A DNA stretch of 61,347 nt, filler included, from Sluysia triapertura (GCA_046118255.1; 4 parts of 4 records of this genome joined end to end with filler, not necessarily neighbours in it); one strand, 5' to 3'; counted from the whole stretch's first letter, positions 39,150-52,058 are shown. Numbers and translations: made by a program. The notes: a model not told the origin generated them from the letters alone.

Positions 39150-39870
39150 AAATTTTCACCTAACTTACGATGCAAATAGTAACCTGGAGAGAGTTCGCCT
39201 AACGGAAAACGGCTTAAGTCTGAACGACGGCGGTTTGTTAGGATGTAAATAGAAAAAATTCACTTAGGAAGAGTCACGTATCGGTTATTGGCTTGAGATA
39301 AGGAGTATCTACGAAGAATCTAGAGTTATTTTAATACTTTTAATTATATGTAATTTAAATGATTTTTAGTTAGCATTTTTACGGTCTAACTTTAGTAAAA
39401 TAAGATATTAAATTAGCCGGTTACGGTCTAATTGTTGAAAGCTTCTGATATTATTTTATGATCTTAAGCTAGCCTTATTACGGTCTAGCGTTTAATTATG
39501 ATTTTGTTTTTAAGTAATAATAGTCTGAAGTTTTATTATTCAAAGATATGACTTATACACAAAATAGATACAAGGCGTATGTAATAATGATAGTGATTTT
39601 AAGATACTTAAATTCGATTTAATGAATTTAGTATGATGATTTTGACTTATACGTATTACGGTATAAGCAAAACTATAAAAAGATTTTGAGTCTGAATTTA
39701 CTTCTCCCTTTTACGGTGAGAAGATGAAAAAACTTACAATTAAAAATCTTACTTTCATGGAAAATTAATCTGCGTCCTTTTGAATGAAATTTTCTTGCAA
39801 CTGACTGGTAGAAATTCTGCAAAAGTCACTAACTTAAATACAGAATTTCTAACCGCCATATTGCGGTGTT
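39150..39870 (+). repeat. Hairpin-array element, copy 3 (diverged sequence, same architecture)
   Basis: Leader hairpin 39198-39242; TTACGGT-containing hairpins at 39368, 39411, 39468, 39646, 39701. Confidence 0.75.
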
Positions 39871-40554
39871 TATTAAATTTAAATAATTGTTCTATTAAAA
39901 CAAAATATATTAATTTAGTTTAATAAAACAAAATTTGGACAATTTTAATTTTTTAATTATGATTATTTTCCATTTAATTTTAATTTCGATTTTAATTTTA
40001 ATTTTTTAAATCTTCCTTCATTTTTTATAATAATAATAAGTATTTTTATTAAATAAAATAAACAATCATTAAATAATTATAGTTAACAAACAAATAATGA
40101 ATGAAATAAGTTATCAAATAATATAATCAAAATAGTGTTTGTTTTCAATCCAATCCTCACAGTATTGTGAATGGAAAGGAACATTTGCATTCCGTAATGA
40201 ATCGAAGTTTGTAAAATAAATAAACTCTGCTGTTTTCTTTCTAAATATGAACAAGCAAATATTGTTACAAAATTCTTTTGTGTTCGACCGAAGTTCGTGG
40301 TTTATATTCGTAGAAAATACTGCTTCAGGATTCTTAGCACAATAAAATTATTTTGTAGATATCGGATTCTGAACTCCTATATTAATGCTATAAATGTGGG
40401 TGCAATTATAAATTTTCAAAAAATATCGAGTGTTTATACAATTACAAAGAACTCTAATTATGTGTATTTTAATCTAAGACAAATAAGTTAGCTCACTATA
40501 AAATCACGTAATTAAAACAAAATATATAAATTTTATTCATACAATATTTAATAT

Positions 40555-40595
<41 letters not shown>
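40555..40595. repeat. (AAT)n microsatellite
   Basis: Direct reading. Confidence 0.9.
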
Positions 40596-40596
<1 letters not shown>

Positions 40597-42959
40597 GATT
40601 ACTCTTAATATGAATAATTTTAAAATTTAACGTTGTGCCACGAGTAATTCTTGGCTTAAAAAATTATTAGAATTTAAGCGTGTAAAATCGAGTAAAACTT
40701 CACATTATAGACAACAAAATTCGGTAGTTTAAAGCATGTGCCATTGCCAAATAATCTACAATTGATACTTGAAAAATAATATTGTACTTATGTAAAAAGC
40801 TGACTTATACCAAATTTATCTTACTTTTTATTGTACGATTCCATTCCACATTAATTATCTGCCTATGTCAACATTATAATTATTTTGCTTTACTGTAATT
40901 AAGTCAGAAATAGTCGTTTGTTTTAGATTGTCGTACATAATGAGAACAAGTCATTCTTATTATTTCTAATACGAAATCGCGCCTTATAGTTTTAGTTGAG
41001 TATAAAATTTTTCTGCACATTATTAGTAGTCATTGTTTGTATCGATCAGTTAGTTAGATGTAATATAGGTCAAATTTGTACGACATAATTTTTAATTTGT
41101 CATATGATAATTATTATATGATAAAATTGGTATTGGTTTATTTGATGAGATTTTGAAATACGAAGTACATAATTTGGTGCACTATCATATTGTATAGATA
41201 TGACGTCAAACAGAATAATTCGATTGTGTCTGTAAAAGATTATTCTAAAATTTTAAAGTATTTAATAATTAAAAACAGAGAAGTTGATATATTTTGACGA
41301 AAACTAAAAATGAGATTGAAAATTTACAAAATTGTCAGTCATTTAAATTACAAAATCAACAGCAAACTTTCTTCGAATCATGTCAAAAGTAAGACAAAAC
41401 CTTATCATGTCATAGATTATTGTTCATTAGTTTGCATGTTCAACTATTACGTCACTTTATCAAGTTTCAAGTGTTTTGGGCTGAAATGCAAAACGATGGC
41501 TTTGTAGGCATAATTCAAAAAATTATTAACAGAAGTTCGTGTTTTAAAAAATTCTTTTTGAAGATGTAACGATGGAAGTTTTGACGTTTCATACTTCACG
41601 TTACAATCATTTTGAACAGATAGAAAATCAAATATTTGAATCCATGAGAAAGAATAAAGATGTCCAACGTACGACTTAGATCGCTTAAACTGGAATTTTC
41701 GATATTTGGCGTAAAATTATTGAAGATATGATAATAGGAAGTGGTATTGCTTCCACAATTGTTCCTTATTTTAAAGGAACCAATTTTATAGTCGCTTGTT
41801 CACCCAATAATTAAGCACCTTTGGCATTCCAAATGTCTTTGTTAAATCTGGTTTAGAAATAAACGATCAAGACGATGATGAAAATTTCTATGTAATAAGG
41901 AAGGTGGCGGTGTTTGTAAATGAGCTATATGCCGAAACAGTGCCTCGTGCAATTAAAGATGAACCTACACTCGTAGAATTAGATCACGGTGACGATTCGA
42001 GTCGTGTTCTGAACGATATGGAGCGACATTTCTCAAGGCATGTGATCTTAGGTTTTGTTTTATATCTAAAAGATAAGGTGTTGCTTTTAAACTCAACATA
42101 TGCAGGTTGTTCACGTCTTAATTTTTGGATAAATTTTTGTGATACATTTTAAAGTTGCGTATTTATATGCTTTTAACAAAATTTAATAAAAATATGATTA
42201 ATAATTTTGATAACATAACCAATTAAACATTCTGAAGGACCTTAAGTCCTTTTTGAATTTTAATTTTAAATTTTCTAATAAATCTGACTTCTCTCGGCTA
42301 TTACAATAATATCTCCAAATATTCGGTTCCCAATCACTATTTTTCCGCGTAACGTAAATTTTATAAAATCCATACAGACGTAATAAAATATCGATAAAAT
42401 TATATTTTTCAAATTAAGAAAGTTTAAAGTTTTGGTTTCGAGATAAAATTCAAATCAATAAAATAATAAAATTAACAGACTTTTTTAACCATAATTTTCA
42501 ATTGTTACATAATTTTTAAACTAAAAAAATATGTAAGAATACAATACAAAAAGATACAACAAGTAAAATTCGTAACTAATTAAAGTATTATAATTTGTAA
42601 TCGTAATTAATTAATAAAATATTTTGTAAAAGAAATATAAAATATTATTTTTGAATTCCACAATCCATTAAGAAAATTAAATTTTAATAGATTGAAATTA
42701 TATTAACGGAAAATATTATATTTGTAATTCCATTAATCCATTAAGATAATGGATTTCTGTAATAAATTGATCGAAATTAATGTAAATATTTTACTTATTA
42801 GTCAAATAAAACTAGTTTAATATTAATGGATCATTAATGGAATTAATAAAATTAAATATTGGCTAAAGGAATGGTATATAAAAATTTGCTAAACTCACAA
42901 CAAACTTCACAAGATAGACAAATAGACAGACGACATCGGTAAACAATTATAATCAAACT

Positions 42960-43700
42960 TAGAGTATGTAAAGGTGTAAAAATTTTAGTTATATTTTTAT
43001 TTGAATTACATTTAAAAATTTTTTAAAATATAAAAAATTATTATTAAAAAAATTATAAATTAAAAAATTTTAAAAGAAGGCTCAAGAACAAAGAAATGTT
43101 TTATCGAAGTAAATTTCAAAAATATGTCTTTATGTATATAAAAAGAACACAAAGAAGAAGAATCCATAATTAAAATTTTTACTTCAGTCACAATTAATTC
43201 GTCAGCAACTCAATTACGCCATTTACATCACTAATTCGAAAATTAGCAATTTCTGACATCAATACTTGATTGTTTCGGTACTCCAGCAATTATCAAATTT
43301 ATCAGTCAATCTATCAGGGTTATATCCCGCGTCTACGATTAGAGGGATAACAATTTCTAATCATCAGCAGTTCAATCTATCAACTACTTTGAGAAAAATT
43401 TCTAGAACTTAATCTTCGATTTTATTAATTGAATTTGTAAGTTTGTTCTGTATAGTTTGAACACTCAATTGCAGTTACAATATCTACATAAAATATCAAA
43501 TTTTCTGTTGGTCCTTAAGACAAATCATAAAATCATTCTAAACTCTAATTTCACCGCTTTTTAGTTGGCCCTTAAGGTCAATTATAAAATCTGTATAAAT
43601 AGGTAGAATCTTCGGATTAGATCTTTATTATAAGTAATTTGATATTATTATTATACTTGCTCTTATTTAAAATTAAATTATTTGTGTTTACATTTTTTAT
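42960..43700 (+). repeat. Dispersed repeat family C (TATA-led, hairpin-containing); an inverted copy lies at about 14387-14900
   Basis: Shared atgtcttta...tatataaa...ccataatta...caattaat...cgccattt...cgattagagg between 43125-43345 and the reverse complement of 14415-14670. Confidence 0.6.
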
Positions 43701-44856
43701 AAATTTATAGTGGTTTTATCTTGATTTAATTAAAATTCATTAGATATGTTGTATAATAAAATTTAAACTTATTGAGTCTTATTTTATTATAATTTTTCTT
43801 ACGTTGATATTGTAACATAAGACAAGCTTATACTCTTCATATTCCGGTCAATTTATAGTTAAATACATTTTTCAGTCGAAAGTACTTTGATTATAATATA
43901 AACTCATTAAATTTTCATAGGAATCAAAAATCTAACGATCATTATATTAAGATTTAAGAGTTAAAGATATAAAAAAAACGATACGTTTCTATACAAATAT
44001 TGTCAACTTTATTTTTACACTAACTCAAATATTACATTAGCCAGCGTAGGTCGCGATTAAATAATATTTAATATTTAATATCAGTCGATATAACCGACAA
44101 TTTTATCCATTATTGTTTAAGTTAAGGTGAAGAGTAGTTTTATACAATTAGTTTTTTCAAAGTGTTCTCATTATTAATTATACTGTAAACTGATTCAGAA
44201 TAATAATTTATTTTGCTGCAAGTTAAGCTCTTTATTAAGAAAAAACCCAGAAAGTATAACGATAATACCATCAATTTTCAAAATCCGCGAAGACATTAAA
44301 TTTTAATTAAAGGAATTCAATCAAAGATTTACATTTTGTATCAAGTAGTAAGTTTGTTTGTCTTAGGGTTCTTCTCAATTTTCACGGGAGTCATAAAATC
44401 ATAAATAGACTTTCGTTTAATAACAGTTGGTCCTAGACCAATTATAAAATCATTATCAAAATCAATTATTAGAAGAAAATATAGCCTCTACAACTTAATT
44501 ACGTCCATATGATACTTTGATTTGAATATTCTGACATTATTGGATATTTTTGGAATATTTTAGTAATTGTAATTAAGTTTTTTATTCATTGTATTAATAA
44601 ACATTAGTGTAGTTTAGAAGTGTTTTTATATATTAAGGAGCATTAATTAAGAAGATAAATTAAGTAATTGTTCATGCAGTACAAGAGGCATAGAATTATA
44701 TAAAATGAAAAAACTATTAAGAAAAGACCTTCGTTTTATAAAAAGTTATAATAGTTATCGATTTTATCCTAAGTATACCTCAATATGCACTACAGACGAA
44801 CCCATTATAGAATAAGACATTTTGCAGAGTTTAGGATTAAGAAACGCAGTAAATTT

Positions 44857-46330
44857 TGACACCCGAATTGGGACTAACAACATTAAATATTACATATAGT
44901 TTAGATGTAGTGATTAAGAAGTCATTAATCTTCTAGGTAAGCATTAATATGAAAACTATAAGTTAAGATTAAGTAAGTTATTAAAGCATTAAGGATAAAT
45001 AGTAAAGAAAATAGAAGCGGTCTTATAAGACATTTCCTAGCTGAAAATATTGATAATATTAAAAAGAAAACTAAGAAAGTCAAAATGGCATTACCAGTTG
45101 AAGATTTTAAAACTTATGACTCAACCGACCCACAGTATTAATCCCATTGTTATCCTTTCAGAAATGTGCAAATCTAATGTAGTAGAAGAATAACTTTGTG
45201 ACTCTTTATCTGAATACAACAGCATAGCAGAGGCTAATGGCTGGTCGGAAATAGAAATAAAAATTAAAAGAATTCAGAATTATTTGACAGGCGTCGCCAT
45301 ACTGACATATAAAGAGATAGACCATCCAAAGAAAAATAAATGTAATTCGTAAACGCTTTCACTGAAGAGATTGTCTTAGATGACATAGGAAAATACTATA
45401 CAAAAATGCCCAATATAAGAAACCAGAAACTTCTTGAAACCGTATGTGAGTATACATGTGCACTCAAGAGTTAAGTGACATGAGCCAAAATTCCAGATGA
45501 AAGAAAAGAAATGACTCTAATAGATAAGTTTAAGAGCGGACTACGTCCTGAATTAAGAATTTATGTTAATTTGATATAATCAATGTTTTAAAGAAATATT
45601 CAAAAAATTAAGAGAGATAGAGAAATCCAGGACCGATGAAAAAGATAATATAAGTTATATAAGTAATAATAAGAGAGGTAGGAGCCCAGGATATGATCTA
45701 AGAGAGATGCATTCAAACGTAGGATTTTTTCAGATAATAACAGTATAAATAATTTTGGAGGAAACAATTATCGAAGCAATAATTCTAACCTAAGAAGAAA
45801 TGATTATAACCAAAAAAAGAGGAAAGTTAAGAGGATTTGAAAGGAGTTATCAGAATATTGGAATAAGAGCATTTAAGCAAAGACCTCGATCTTGATGGCC
45901 GAATAATGAAGAATTTATAAGTAGGAGTAAGAGTCCAGGAAGAGTTAACAATTATAATGATAAAATTAATGGCTGACGTAGAAAGAGAAGTAACATGTCA
46001 TAATTGTGCTAGGCAGAGACACTACACACGAAACTATAAGAAATTGAAATTAGATATTTTAACCAATAATTAAGTAGGATGCAAAGTTACCAACCATTAA
46101 GGGGGCAAACTCCGATAAGAAAGGTAAGATTTCATAAGAAAAATGATAGAGCACAAGTAAATTATAATTATGAAAGACAAGAACAAGGCGATTATGTCAG
46201 TTATGGGGAAAATATATGGAAGAAGAAACTAAAGTACTGCAAGAATTTCACTGGATGAAATTGGATGACGATGATAACGAGAAAAGAAAAAATATATCAA
46301 AGAGGAAACAAGAAGATTAATAAATTATTT
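44857..46330 (+). mobile_element. gag: Ty3/Gypsy-type LTR retrotransposon remnant: primer-binding site and gag pseudogene
   Basis: PBS-like TGACACCCGAATTGGGAC (44857-44874); ATG 45085; YNSIAEANGWSE...IQNYLTGVAILTYKE, RNQKLLETVCEY, DKFKSGLRPELR; zinc knuckle CHNCARQRHYTRNY at about 45996. Confidence 0.8.
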
Positions 46331-47164
46331 ATATGAACGTTTATTTCAATTTTCTAAAGAAAAAGGAAGAAAAAAAAACAAGAAATAAGAACACAAAAAG
46401 ATGTAAGTGAAGTAGAAGAAAATAAGAAAGTGGAAGAAATTTTGGAAGGATGGAATAAAAATAAAAATAATACTTACCAAGAATTGATTAAGGACGAAAA
46501 TGAAACCAACGAAAACGAATAAATAAATCTAACTGAAGAGATAAAGAAGGATAAAATAAAAATAACCAAAAAGAAGGCAATTTGAGTGAATGCGAAATAA
46601 TAATTTCAGCCAATGAAATAAAATTAAGAAAAAGGCAGATCCTCATTTAGAATATTAATTAAAGAACAGTTTTTGCATCAAGATTAGGGAAAGCTTAACT
46701 TCATAAACTAACTAATAAAACCTGGAATGTCTTTGCATATAAACCGTTGATTTCAGGCGAACCCTTATAACTTAATCACATTTGCTATATTCAAGGAGAA
46801 ATAGCAGTAATCTGAAGGTTACAGTTCGTTCGTCTCTGATGTAAAAGATTGAAGTCCAATCTTATCTAACAAGTTCGAAATTCAAATTATGTCCTCTTGT
46901 TCAAAATAGAATAAACTAGATTGACTAGAAATTATTTATTAAATGGACAAATGTTTAGTGGAACAATTATAAAACAGTTTATCAAATAGAAAAATACTTT
47001 AGATGATAAAATACAAAGATAAACACAAAAATGTAATAATGAATACCACACGTAATTATTTTATATAAACTTTAAAATTATAAAATTATTACATTAAATA
47101 TTATTCTGATACCAATATTACAATACAGTTGATATTTAATGTGAACTTGTTGTTAGATCAAATA

Positions 47165-48100
47165 TGTGGTGGCCAACCCAATAATTCGAAATTTTATTCC
47201 AATATTTCACAACTTTTCATAACTCATAATAACTCCAAACATTCTAGACATAAAATTCATAACATCAAATTCACATTCAATAACGAAAATCTTCAAAGAT
47301 CTACAAAAATTAATTCAAAATATTGCAAACTTTATTCTTACCTTCTCAAAACATTTTTTAATTTATAACTTTATATCATTAAAATTACATTCATTTTTAG
47401 ATTAACAACATACATTTAAAAATTCATTAGAAACATTTTTATGCATTATTTAATAACATTAAAATCACAATTACACCGTAAATCATCAAACACATATCTC
47501 AATTTCAATCCAAAACATTTCATCTTTTCAATCTTTTAACATTCAGTCTCTAATATCGTCGAAAAACACTAACCTAAAACTTTTAAACTATTTTTAAACA
47601 TTACAATCAAAATGACATTCCTTCAACATCTTTAGTTATGTATGAATATCTCTAAACAATCCTCTATCAATTCTTTCAATTCTATATCGGTAATCACTAA
47701 ATAAAATCTCTTTTAAAGTATAAAATCAGAATATATCTTTTAAAAGCTTTCAAAGATGAAAAGAACATCATTAACATAACTTCAATTATTTATATTTTAA
47801 CTAAAGAATGTTATTTAGAAATATTTTAATTTTTTAAGAAAAGATCGTGTTATGAATAAAATAAATAAACAATTTATGTATTTTCGTTGATTTTAGTGTT
47901 ATTATTAATTCATTTGGTATAATTATCATTATTATTTTATTTTAATCAATAATGATAATCATTTTCATTATCACTACTTTAATGCGGTATCAAAATCAAT
48001 TACATTGCACATATGTATCTTTTTAATCATACTGTCACCAGTCGACAGTTTAATTTAAAACATTTTAACATACCTTATGAACTGTCGACTGATGACAGTT
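47165..48100. repeat. Dispersed repeat family B copy 2
   Basis: Starts TGTGGTGGCCAACC; ends with a 20-bp inverted repeat (48031-48050 / 48080-48099). Confidence 0.6.
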
Positions 48101-49130
48101 AATTACATTCAATGTACTTATGGCATGCATGCATGCTCGTAATTCTTACTCATTAAATATAGCAATTGATTGAACGTCCAATCATCATTAATAAAAAATA
48201 GTATTATTTATTTGTAGATTTCGATTTTTGATACATTAGAAAACCAGAAATAGAAAAATTAACAACTGATTTTATTAAATTTTTTTCTCCAGTATTGATT
48301 GTCAAATTTATACAATTGGAAAGATTGAGTAAATTAAAATTCCTTTCACATGAGATGTCTACAATAACACGAAATTTATCAAAATTTGGTCAATTTTTTT
48401 TATTTGAACAGTAAGACTACGTTAAGCTTAGCAAAGTTGAAATTCAATTTATATTCAATGTGTCAATTTATGTTAATGAAATCAGTGATGAAAGTACACC
48501 AGAAGAATTTTTAGATTGTAATCCAGTTCTATGTTTAGTTTCCTTAAGAAACTTTCTGAACATGATCGTTGCTATGATCTTAAAGTCTCGCCAAAGTTTC
48601 GTAGAGGCAGATCAATTAATATGGTATCATTTCCTATCCTTATGAACGGAGTATTTCACTAATATTGTAATTCTTATGGAACTGGAATCGTTGACAAAGA
48701 TTTTGTTGTTAACAATAAGAAAATATTAATTCGAATTAATATTGAAATTGAACAAGATGCAAGTACTGTTTAAAAGTTTATTTAAATTATTTATCTAATT
48801 CAGAATTACCTAATGACTTTAATAGTCTAAAGCATCTTATGTCACTTAATATCAATAAACATCATGTAATAATAAAAAAAATGTTGTATAATTTATAATG
48901 TGTTGAATTACCTGAAATTATATAAAACGTTAGTGTGTAAATTCAACTTTGAACAAATTAAAATGATTTACTGTAATGGCCGGGTAATAAAATGATATAG
49001 AAGGGCTTTTACATATATTATTTGAAAATTATGATAAGTGGACTTAAGGTCTTTTTCGTTGTTAAAGTTAAACCGATTCATATTGAGGAAATTTGGCTTA
49101 AGGCCTTTGCTACTGTGGTAATATTGTGAT

Positions 49131-49649
49131 TTAAATGGGTGAAATACGACAAAAATAATAAGATCTAGAGATATATTGAGAAAAACACCTAAAATCACCA
49201 CACGTTTTTAAATTTAAAATAATTTCAGGATGAATAATGATAAAACAAATAAAAATTTTAGTGAGGACTAATAATAATACAAAAGAGTTATAACCGTGTC
49301 TTTGATGAAGAATTATTGGAATACCTTGAACTTCGCGATGCGTTTTAAATTGACTATACAGGTTTAGGCTTAAGACAGTCATTTTAAGCATCTTCGTGAC
49401 ATAGATTGTAACGTTTATTTCCAACTTCCTGAACGTTTTCGTAAAATTCATTTCCGTATCTTGAGTTACATCAGGATGGTAAAGTTTTGTTTTTTGAAAG
49501 TAAGCTTCTTTAATTTCTTTATTTGATGCGTTAGAACTGACATCTAATCATTCATATAAATTAAATTGATCTTGTGATTTCATCTTAATACGAGCGGATA
49601 CGTTTTTATGCATATAATTAAGTTGGTTGGTACGAAAAGATATTTTCAT
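49131..49649 (-). pseudogene. J-domain (DnaJ/Hsp40 type C, DNAJC30/DNAJC4-like) pseudogene
   Basis: NLYE*LDVSSNASNKEIKEAYFQKTKLYHPDV: HPD at 49470-49478, in-frame TGA at 49548-49550; downstream hydrophobic segment. Confidence 0.7.
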
Positions 49650-50262
49650 TAGAAATCAAAAAATTTGCCAAAATTTTACATATTATTAAAACAAATTACC
49701 TAAAAGTGAATAATTAAACTCGAATAAAATAATAATATAACTCAAATGTAAGATTTAAAATGAAACTGAAACTTAGACATTCAAACTATGATAAGTTCCG
49801 AAGATAAATATAATAATATTGGATATTGAAAGTATTTCAAAATATTTCAATAGTCAACGAAAATTTCTTTAAAAATACTGTAAGAAAAGAAGAAAAGAAG
49901 ATGAGAAATTGTAGCATACTTAATTATTAAGAAGAAAATGTTATAGTTATTGTAATACAATCTTGAAAAATTTTGGCATGAAATATCTTTCGTTTATTGA
50001 ATTTGAAACATCTTGAAATTGTTGTAATAATAATATATCGTCTATTTAAATTCCATTTTGCAAATCATTTGTAAACTCTACTTCCAAAAGTTTCTTAAAA
50101 TTAGTTTGTGCAGTTTTATAAGAATCGTTCTCCATGAATGTTTCTGCCAAATAAAGTAATACTACATCCGTTCAAAAATGATTGTCTTTTTGGTGAGAAG
50201 CTTTGTTGAAAAGTGATTGTCTTGTCCGTTTTATGCTTCGTCGCTTTAATTAACTCTGAACA

Positions 50263-50362
50263 NNNNNNNNNNNNNNNNNNNNNNNNNNNNNNNNNNNNNN
50301 NNNNNNTTAATTAATTAANNNNNNNNNNNNNNNNNNNNNNNNNNNNNNNNNNNNNNNNNNNN
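50263..50362. other. Assembly gap with TTAATTAATTAA linker
   Basis: 100-nt N44-linker-N44 block. Confidence 0.99.
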
Positions 50363-50424
50363 TATTTTATTACAAAATATTTAATATAGTATTATCGTGT
50401 TATCGCCCCTAAATGAACTTGTAT

Positions 50425-51400
50425 TCACCACCGCCCCCTAGATCCTTGCAGCGCCCACTTTGTGAATCCATGATCTAGCTTATTATCATTGTGGATTCTG
50501 TATAGATTATTATTATGTCTCAATGAAATATTCATCTTCATTTCCAAATTTTTTATTATTTCTAAAAGATATTCAGTACTTCCGTAATGTAAGCATTTGT
50601 AAATTATTGTCATGGCTTTGAATACTATTCATTTTATTGGCAACCAATGTAATTCCTTAAGATAAGGTGTATGAGTTATTTTCTTCCAACTCGGAGAATT
50701 AGCCTTGCTGCTTGATTAATTAAGAAGTGAAAATGAGTAGAAGGAAGATTTGTAAGAGAAAGTTAGTAGAGTTGAGATATTTAATAGAAATTTCATTTGG
50801 TTTTATTTTGAATTTTAAGACATAAATTTAGTAAATTTTAATGTGCTGAGTGATGTATGTTTTGTAGATGTGCATATTGGTGTGTTGTCGAATATTAAAA
50901 TTTTGTGAAACGGTGCTGATCGCCACGTTTCTATATGAAATTGAATACAATAAAATATTGTTAAAATCTATTTTGTTAGTTATCAATGAATGAACAAAAG
51001 TTTAGCTGTTTCTTTATCAATAAATTTTCGAATATTTGATATTTTCGAAATACAATACAATACAATGAATATTTCCTCCCATGTTCATTTTTGAATTCAT
51101 ATAGCAACCTATATTTCGTACTTTTTTGTGTCTTACCACCTACAATTACCTTTGTTTCATTTATTTTGATATTGTAGCTATTTTTATTACTGAAGATTAT
51201 AAATTCTGACTTTTCTTCATTGATTATTTTCAAGTATTTATTTCCAAATAGCCTTTTACAGAATCAGATATTTCCTTTAATCCTTTGATATATGATAGGT
51301 CACTTATTTTTAATTAAATTCGAATATTATTCGTGACTAAAAGTTGGGATTCATCTGTAAAAACTGTAAAAAATTAAAGTGGCTTATGTAAATAGGTGTG
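50425..51400 (-). mobile_element. Second, more decayed copy of the same LINE ORF2 3' region, interrupted by a ~200 bp insertion
   Basis: Shared with 1.8-2.3 kb: attatgtctcaatgaaatattcatctt, ttccgtaatgtaagcatttgtaaattatt, ggcaaccaatgtaattc, gtttagctgtttcttta. Confidence 0.85.
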
Positions 51401-52058
51401 AGCTATAGTAATTTGAGTGTGCTTGAATGAACTCTTAGTTTCTGGTAATAATCTAAACTTCTTTGATGATATTTTCGCTTTATAATACTACTTAAACTTA
51501 TCTGAAGATACGATTCATTATATTGATTCTAATCTACCTGAAGATGTATTTTATTTAAGTTAAGTGAATTTAAAACCAAGAAATGAATAAAGAAATGAAT
51601 TTTGATTACCCACTGGTTTTATTTAATCTCAATTTAATATGCTTTTTCTTGTTTATCATAATATTTTAAATCATGTTTATCGAGTTTTATGTTCTTAAAG
51701 TTTGATTTTATATGAATAGTTATTGATTCTTATTTTAAAATGATTTTATTGACTATGTTGTCTTTATTGAATCTCAATTTAAAGTGATTATTTATACAAT
51801 TTCAATTTAAAATTGATTGTTATGTGTTACTAAATTTTGAATTTATCTAATCTCATTTTAAACTAATACAAAAGCATTTTAATCACAGTTGTAATGATTT
51901 TAAATTTGTTTTGATTTTAATTTATGAAAATTAAAAATGAATTTAAAAGTAAAAAAAATTTAATTTAAGGTCAAAATTTAAAGCGAGCATTATTACATGT
52001 ATTATTAAATATATTATTCGTTGATCATTCAAATTTTTATATTAAACTAACAATTTAG

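Noticed and set aside
48180-48760. Possible upstream dynein exons
   Set aside because: Translations show no dynein motifs and contain stops
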